Source of the DNA: an uncultured Chloroflexia bacterium
GTDB lineage: Bacteria > Chloroflexota > Chloroflexia > Thermomicrobiales > UBA6265
Assembly: GCA_963724295.1 (NCBI GenBank)
Contig: CAVRUC010000007.1
Location: forward strand, 736,001 to 800,000
Reading direction: 5' to 3'
DNA: 64,000 nucleotides
Shown here: in pieces, positions 58,593 through 64,000 of the stretch
Position numbering within the stretch: the first letter of the stretch is position 1
Layout of the letters: every line of letters begins with the position of its first letter
Translations under genes and position numbers: made by a program
The notes under the pieces: model-generated
What the model was told of the DNA's origin: nothing
The model's database searches: none
What the model saw: the letters and a program-made list of their open reading frames with translations, nothing else

Positions 58593-59399
58593 ATGGCTCG
58601 AATCATCGCCTTCTTCAATCAAAAAGGCGGCACCGCCAAGACGACGAGCACGCTCAACGTCGCTGCCGCACTGGCCGAGCGCGGGCGGCGCATCCTCGCC
58701 ATCGACATGGACCCCCAGGCGAGTCTCACCATGGCCACCGGCGTCGATATCGCCGCGCTCGACGCCTCGATCTATGACCTGCTCCTCGACGATCGGCTCG
58801 ATCTGCCATCGCTCGCGGTCCCAACCTCGATCCCAAGAGTTTCACTGGTCCCATCCCATCCCGATCTGGCCGCCGCCGAGCTGGAGCTGCTCAATGTCCT
58901 GGAACGGGAACGCCAGCTCGAACAGCGCCTCGAACGCGGCGATCTCTCCGCCTGGGACTATGTCCTGATCGACGCGCCGCCGGCGCTGAACGTGCTCTCG
59001 ATCAACATCCTCGTCGCCGCCGACGAGCTGGTCATTCCGATCGAACCTCATCCGCTCTCGCTGATGGTGCTGCGCCGCCTGTTCGAGACGGTTTCGCGCG
59101 TGCGCCGGCTGAACCCCGCGTTGCGGGTGCATGGGTTTCTCCCGACGAAGGTGCATCACTCTTCGCGTCTCGCCACCGACATGCTGGCGGCACTGGCTGA
59201 GGAATTTCCCCACTACGCGTTGCTGCCCTCGGTGCCCCTCTCGGTGCGCGGCGCCGAGTCGGCCGCCGAGCGCACCAGCGTCCTTCATTACATGCCGCGA
59301 TCGGCGATTGCCGAGGCATACCGCGATGTCGGATCGTGGCTCGAGGAGCACGATCCGCATGTGGCAGCGACAACAGAGGCGGTGAGCATCCATGTCTAG
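58593..59399 (+). CDS. parA: ParA/Soj-family ATPase
   Basis: Deviant Walker A 'NQKGGTAKTT', 'IDMDPQASLT', 'DYVLIDAPP'. Confidence 0.92.
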   Translation: MARIIAFFNQKGGTAKTTSTLNVAAALAERGRRILAIDMDPQASLTMATGVDIAALDASIYDLLLDDRLDLPSLAVPTSIPRVSLVPSHPDLAAAELELLNVLERERQLEQRLERGDLSAWDYVLIDAPPALNVLSINILVAADELVIPIEPHPLSLMVLRRLFETVSRVRRLNPALRVHGFLPTKVHHSSRLATDMLAALAEEFPHYALLPSVPLSVRGAESAAERTSVLHYMPRSAIAEAYRDVGSWLEEHDPHVAATTEAVSIHV

Positions 59400-60456
59400 C
59401 GTTTCAGCCGTCCCGGAGAGCGGTCAGATGCCGGCCAAAGGTCGCCGCCGGTTCACCGTCGACGCGCTGTTCACCGACCATCGGCCCCAGGCCGTTGGTG
59501 TCGAGGACCTCCCGACCGCCAAGGAGATCCGGCTGGAGCGGATCGAGGCCGATCCCGAGCAACCGCGCCAGACCTTCGATCCCGATCGTCTGGAGGAGTT
59601 GACGGCGAGCATCCGCCGGGAGGGAGTGCTGCAGCCGATCGCCGTACGCTACGACGCCGATCGTGATGTCTACGTTGTGGTCCATGGCGAACGACGCCTG
59701 CGAGCCGCCCGCCAGGCCGGGCTGCCTGCGATTCCGGCGATCGTGCGCGAGGTGCCGCAGGATCGCCGCCTCGTGCAGCAGCTCATGGAGAACATCGTTC
59801 GCGACGACCTCAATGCGGTTGACCGGGCGGCGGCCCTGCGCACATTGAAAACGCAGCTCGGAGATGCGCCCTGGGAAGCAGTCGCCGAGATGGTCGGCAT
59901 CCGGCGCAGCAGGCTCTTCCAGCTCATCGGCACCGAGAAGCTGCCCGATCGAGTCCGCGACGATATCCGCGGAGGCAGGCTGAGCGAGAAGCAGAGTCGA
60001 GCGTTGCAAGGACTTCCGGTAGGACACCAGGAGGCCCTGCACGAGGCCATCATCCGGCATGAGCTTTCCGCGGAAGAGGCGATGCGCACGGCCAGGGCGC
60101 TCAAACGGGCCGGGCTCGCCGATGACATGAAGACCGCCTCGGCGTTCATCGACGCCCTCCGCGCCGAGCAGAACGACGCCGCTGGCGAGGGAGACGCGCT
60201 TTCGCGAGCGGCGGGGCTGTTCGCGGCGATCGAAGCCGCGGCTGCCGGCGATCGAGGATCGGCGGACGCTCTGGCGGCCGCGGCCAGAACAGCGAGGGCG
60301 CCGGCGTTTGACGGCGATCGTCTCCGGGCTGAGGTCCTCGCGCTGGCCAGGACACTCGCCCGCACGCCCGCGGACGAGCTCTTACCGGGGGGCGCGGCCT
60401 ACATGCCCCTCTCCATGCTACGGGGGACGCTTGACGTCTTGCTCCCAGCCGACTAA
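59392..60456 (+). CDS. parB: ParB/Spo0J-family protein
   Basis: 'QPRQTF', 'ELTASIR..GVLQPI', CTPase 'HGERRLRA', 'LMENIVRDDL', HTH 'WEAVAEMVGIRRS'. Confidence 0.92.
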   Translation: MSSVSAVPESGQMPAKGRRRFTVDALFTDHRPQAVGVEDLPTAKEIRLERIEADPEQPRQTFDPDRLEELTASIRREGVLQPIAVRYDADRDVYVVVHGERRLRAARQAGLPAIPAIVREVPQDRRLVQQLMENIVRDDLNAVDRAAALRTLKTQLGDAPWEAVAEMVGIRRSRLFQLIGTEKLPDRVRDDIRGGRLSEKQSRALQGLPVGHQEALHEAIIRHELSAEEAMRTARALKRAGLADDMKTASAFIDALRAEQNDAAGEGDALSRAAGLFAAIEAAAAGDRGSADALAAAARTARAPAFDGDRLRAEVLALARTLARTPADELLPGGAAYMPLSMLRGTLDVLLPAD

Positions 60457-60536
60457 TCGAGCTCCGATGCGCTGTTTCCCTTTGCAGGAGGTGTAGGTTG
60501 AAGCGTCCGCGACTCCTCGCGGCGGTCGAGGGTGTC

Positions 60537-61448
60537 ATGACCAGAACGAGGAGCATGCCATCGGTCATCGCGGTCATCGCTCTTTTCGCGATGCTTGCCG
60601 GCTGCGGACCGATGCCGGAGGCGTCACCGACGCCCATCCCTGAAACTCCCCCTCCCGTCGAAGAGAGCGTCGCCACACCGGCTACCCCCGCTGCCACTGA
60701 ATTGACCCTGGGCGAGCTGGCCGAGGGGGTCAATGCCGCATGGCCAGGCGTACGCTCCTACCGGATCACATTCACCGGGTCGACCCTGTCCATACCCACC
60801 GGCCCTGGCACTCCGATCGCGCGGCCGCTGGCAACACCGGCCGCAACGCCCATGGCCTCCCTTGGGGCCACGCCGGTGGCCCGGCAGCGTGAGGCCTTCG
60901 TATCGATTCGCGAAGTGGTCTTGCCGGACCGGCAGCGACAGGACGTGCGCGGCCTTGGCGACGTCGACCACGAAGCGATTGCCATCGGCGACCGGCTGTA
61001 TGTCCGCGGGCCGCTGGTTGAGCAGATCGCGCCAGGAACGCCCGTTGACGTCTGGATCGTCGTCGACCCATCGTCGGTGCCCGAGCGCTCGACGCTCTCG
61101 AGCCTGCTGGGCGGTCTACCCGAAATCCCTGCTGGTCCCCTGGCGTCGCTACCAGAGCGGCTGCTGCCACAGCTCGTCCGCGAGATGGACGTCGTCGAGC
61201 ACGATGGGCGAGAGTGCCGCGTCTTTGGCGCCGCGGACACGGTCCCAGCGACCGGGATGCGAGTCGACTACACCATCGCTATCGACGACCGCGACCTCCC
61301 CTGCTTCATCGAAACCGGCACCGGTGGAGTGACCCAGGGCCGTGCCGACTACAGCGACATCGACGGCTCGTTCACGATCGAACCGCCGCTGGCGGCAACG
61401 CCAGTCAGCGTTCCGCCTGAGCTGGCCACGCCGCTGGCCCACGACTAG
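60537..61448 (+). CDS. Lipoprotein, Pro/Thr-rich N-terminus, possible LolA/LppX-like fold
   Basis: Lipobox 'LAGC'; 'VRSYRI', 'AIAIGDRLYVR', 'EHDGRECRVF', C-terminal 'YSDID..FTIEPP'; start 60537 or 60555. Confidence 0.7.
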   Translation: MTRTRSMPSVIAVIALFAMLAGCGPMPEASPTPIPETPPPVEESVATPATPAATELTLGELAEGVNAAWPGVRSYRITFTGSTLSIPTGPGTPIARPLATPAATPMASLGATPVARQREAFVSIREVVLPDRQRQDVRGLGDVDHEAIAIGDRLYVRGPLVEQIAPGTPVDVWIVVDPSSVPERSTLSSLLGGLPEIPAGPLASLPERLLPQLVREMDVVEHDGRECRVFGAADTVPATGMRVDYTIAIDDRDLPCFIETGTGGVTQGRADYSDIDGSFTIEPPLAATPVSVPPELATPLAHD

Positions 61449-61467
61449 TCGCGGGCCGAATCATCCT

Positions 61468-62373
61468 GTGAGCGAGTGCGCGCGTTCGGGGCCTCTTCCG
61501 GCGCTTCCCGACCCGGCGGCGTTGGGCTTCAGCGGCCACGAAGAGACGGGTTGGGTGCGCTCGACGCGCGGACGCGAGATCCACTTTAGGCTCCTGCGCA
61601 CGCTCGCGGACCTCGCGCAGGCCGAGCGCTTGCAGGAGGAGGTGTTCGGCGTCAGCGAGCGGGATCTCATCCCCGCCAACGAGCTGATCGTCGTGCCGGA
61701 GACCGGCGGCGCGGTGATCGCGGCGTTTCTCCCCGAAGACCCGGATCGCGCCGTGGGCATCCTGGTGGGCTGGGGCGGCTTCGTCGGCCGTCCCCGCATC
61801 GTCTCCGATTTCCTTGCCATCGTTCCCGAGGCACGGAGTCTCGGGCTCGCCACCGAGCTCAAACGGCTACAAGCCGCCATAGCCCTGAGCCGCGGTTTCG
61901 CAGAGATCGTCTGGACCGTCGATCCCCTGCGAGCCGCCAACGCCCGGTTGAATTTCGGCAAACTCGGAGCGATGGCCCACCAGTATGAGACGGATCGCTA
62001 TGGGGCCACGTTCGCGACGACGCTCTACGGTGGCCTACCAACCGACCGCCTGCACATCACCTGGGACATCCTGTCGCCGCGCGTGATCTCACGTCTGCTC
62101 GGACAGGAGGAGACGCTGCAGCCCGCGGAGAACGATGACCGTGCCCCATTTGCGCCGGGGATGAGCGCGGACTCCGCCCTCGTCGCGATCCCCGCCGATA
62201 TCGACGCCCTGCTCGCGGCTCGCCCTGATCAGGCGCTGGCGTGGCGTCTGCGCATCCGGGAGACATTGTGCCAGGCGTTCGGGGAAGGGTTCGCCATCAC
62301 GGGATTCCGTCCAGCGCCCAGCGACGCGGACCCCGCCTATCTCCTCGAGCGGCGACGAGCATCGAACGACTGA
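61468..62373 (+). CDS. GNAT-like N-succinyl/acyltransferase (paralog of 25036)
   Basis: 'LQEEVFG', 'ETGGAVIAAF', 'IVSDFLAI', 'LKRLQ', 'WTVDPLRAANARLN..KLGA', 'PTDRL..W'. Confidence 0.85.
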   Translation: MSECARSGPLPALPDPAALGFSGHEETGWVRSTRGREIHFRLLRTLADLAQAERLQEEVFGVSERDLIPANELIVVPETGGAVIAAFLPEDPDRAVGILVGWGGFVGRPRIVSDFLAIVPEARSLGLATELKRLQAAIALSRGFAEIVWTVDPLRAANARLNFGKLGAMAHQYETDRYGATFATTLYGGLPTDRLHITWDILSPRVISRLLGQEETLQPAENDDRAPFAPGMSADSALVAIPADIDALLAARPDQALAWRLRIRETLCQAFGEGFAITGFRPAPSDADPAYLLERRRASND

Positions 62374-62403
62374 CCTCCCCGCTCGTGGCTTGCGTGTGAG
62401 ACG

Positions 62404-63540
62404 ATGCCTGCCATGATCATCTCGTCCATCGAGGTTATCCCGGTCCGCCTGCCGCTGCGCGAGCCCTTCGTCGTTGCCTACGCCAGCTACCCCGATACCC
62501 TGAGCGTCCTGGTCCGCATCCGCACTCGTGACGGCGCGGAGGGCTGGGGCGAAGCGACGCCCGATCCGAACGTCACGGGTGAGACATGGGGCGGAACGGC
62601 GGAGACCTTGCGTCGCGATCTGGCCACCGCCCTGGTCGGTTGCGATGCGCGTAATCGCGAGGCAGCGCTCAACGCGCTCGACGCCAGGGTCGAAGGGGCG
62701 CCAGCGGCCAAGGCCGCCCTCGACATCGCGTTGCACGATCTCGTGGCGCGGGCAGCGGGTATGCCCCTCTGGCAATTGCTCGGCGGACGCGCCCGCGAGG
62801 CGTTGCAGATTTCACGAGTCGTCAGCATGGGCGAGCCGGCGGCGATGGCGGCGGCGGCAAGGCATCACGTCGCGGCCGGGTTCCGCACGGTGAAGGTCAA
62901 AGTCGGTGATTCCGCCAATCCCCTCCTCGATGCCAGCCGGGTCGCGGCGGTGCGCCAGGCCATAGGTCCGGAGGTGGCGATCAAGGTCGATGCGAACCAG
63001 GGCTGGCGCAGCCCCGGGACCGCGATCGCGGCCATCCGTGCCATGGCGCCGTCGCTTCTCGCATACGTGGAGCAGCCGGTCCTCTGGTGGGACATGGAAG
63101 GATTGGCCGAGGTCCGCCGCCAGACCGGTGCGATGATCATGATCGACGAGGGCTGTCACGGCCCCCGCGACATGCTGCGCGCCGTCGCGCTGCGCGCCGC
63201 CGATCTGGTCAACATCAAGCTGATGAAAAGCGGTGGCATCCTGAATGCGCTGAAACTCAATGCCATCGCCGAGGCCGCCGGCATCCCCTCGCAGGTCGGT
63301 ACGATGGTCGAGAGCTCGATCGCCTCGGCGGCAGGTCTGCATACGGCCATCGCCATGAGCAACGTACGAACCGTCGAGATGGGTGGTCCTCTCATGCTGG
63401 CGGAAGATATCGGGGACGCCGGCGCCTGGTACCGGCACGACATGGTCACCGTGCCGGATAGCCCCGGGCTCGGGATCACCGTCGACGTCGATCGCGTGCG
63501 CCAGTTCAGTGACGGCTGGTGGACGGTGGAAGCGGAATGA
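62404..63540 (+). CDS. MLE-subgroup enolase-superfamily enzyme, N-succinyl-Arg/Lys racemase-like
   Basis: 'RLPLREPF', 'VTGETW', 'KVKVG', 'DANQGW', 'EQP', 'MIDEG', 'NIKLMK', 'QVGTMVES', 'VEMGGP' (no DxD of dipeptide epimerases). Confidence 0.85.
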   Translation: MPAMIISSIEVIPVRLPLREPFVVAYASYPDTLSVLVRIRTRDGAEGWGEATPDPNVTGETWGGTAETLRRDLATALVGCDARNREAALNALDARVEGAPAAKAALDIALHDLVARAAGMPLWQLLGGRAREALQISRVVSMGEPAAMAAAARHHVAAGFRTVKVKVGDSANPLLDASRVAAVRQAIGPEVAIKVDANQGWRSPGTAIAAIRAMAPSLLAYVEQPVLWWDMEGLAEVRRQTGAMIMIDEGCHGPRDMLRAVALRAADLVNIKLMKSGGILNALKLNAIAEAAGIPSQVGTMVESSIASAAGLHTAIAMSNVRTVEMGGPLMLAEDIGDAGAWYRHDMVTVPDSPGLGITVDVDRVRQFSDGWWTVEAE

Positions 63541-63556
63541 AGGCTGGATACCCATC

Positions 63557-64000
63557 GTGAGCGACGCGGTCTGGATCGCGGTGGTCGTGTCCCTCGGCGT
63601 CACCCAGGCGCTACAGATCGCACTGCTCGCCGCGATGAACCGCGCTCGCGGACCCGCGGAAGCCGCCTACATCTCCATCCTGGGCACACTTGCCGGTCTG
63701 ACGCTGGCACTCACGATCAGGAGCTTCATGGGTTCGCGCCCAGTGCTCCCCGCCCCGTTCGATCATCCCGCGTTGACCGGCGCCGTGGCCCTCGCCAGTG
63801 GCACGATTCTGCTGCTCGGCCTGCGTGGGCTTCCCCTGGCATACGCCGTGACCGGGCTCACCGCGGTGCCCTATCTCCTGGCCGCGTCGTACCTGGCTCC
63901 CAAGATCGGCGTCGGCTTGTTCCTGGCCGCGTTGATCGCCGGGCAGCTCGGCGGCGGTGTCGTCCTCGACCATTTTGGCGTGTTGGGCGGCGCGACGCGT
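63557..64000 (+). CDS. DMT-superfamily (YdcZ/DUF606-like) membrane protein, runs off the window
   Basis: GTG 63557; hydrophobic helices, 'LQ..L...M', 'PKIG', 'IAGQL...V.LDHFG'. Confidence 0.8.
   Translation, partial: MSDAVWIAVVVSLGVTQALQIALLAAMNRARGPAEAAYISILGTLAGLTLALTIRSFMGSRPVLPAPFDHPALTGAVALASGTILLLGLRGLPLAYAVTGLTAVPYLLAASYLAPKIGVGLFLAALIAGQLGGGVVLDHFGVLGGATR

Overview
High-GC bacterial chromosomal window. Gene content and protein styles (Sec-exported 'AQD' substrate-binding proteins, an 'RFDxLARAL' Tat-like leader, a cyclase-NB-ARC-TPR protein, MurT/GatD) suggest a Chloroflexota, probably Thermomicrobiales; this is an inference. Housekeeping genes: pheT 3' end, hisD, ruvA, mreBC, murT/gatD, acs, sucCD, trpB, trpA, aroF. 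Main observations: (1) a ~12 kb minus-strand island (2.1-14.2 kb) of secreted proteins plus an ECF sigma/anti-sigma pair, with four identically spaced copies of a TGTGACA-N15-YGTCTGG promoter-like motif, one upstream of the sigma gene itself; (2) an LprG/P55(Rv1410c)-like lipoprotein-MFS operon outside mycobacteria; (3) two GNAT + N-succinylamino-acid racemase modules; (4) an apparent TrpA-AroH fusion; (5) two promoter-anchored structured RNA/leader candidates (32.76-33.06 kb, 57.68-57.92 kb); (6) an 11-bp-periodic TCAG array upstream of an HtrA gene; (7) an orphan parAB. Three genes carry single-base frameshifts, most likely read errors. No rRNA, tRNA, CRISPR array or transposase was recognised. 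All homology calls come from motif recognition by eye, not database searches.
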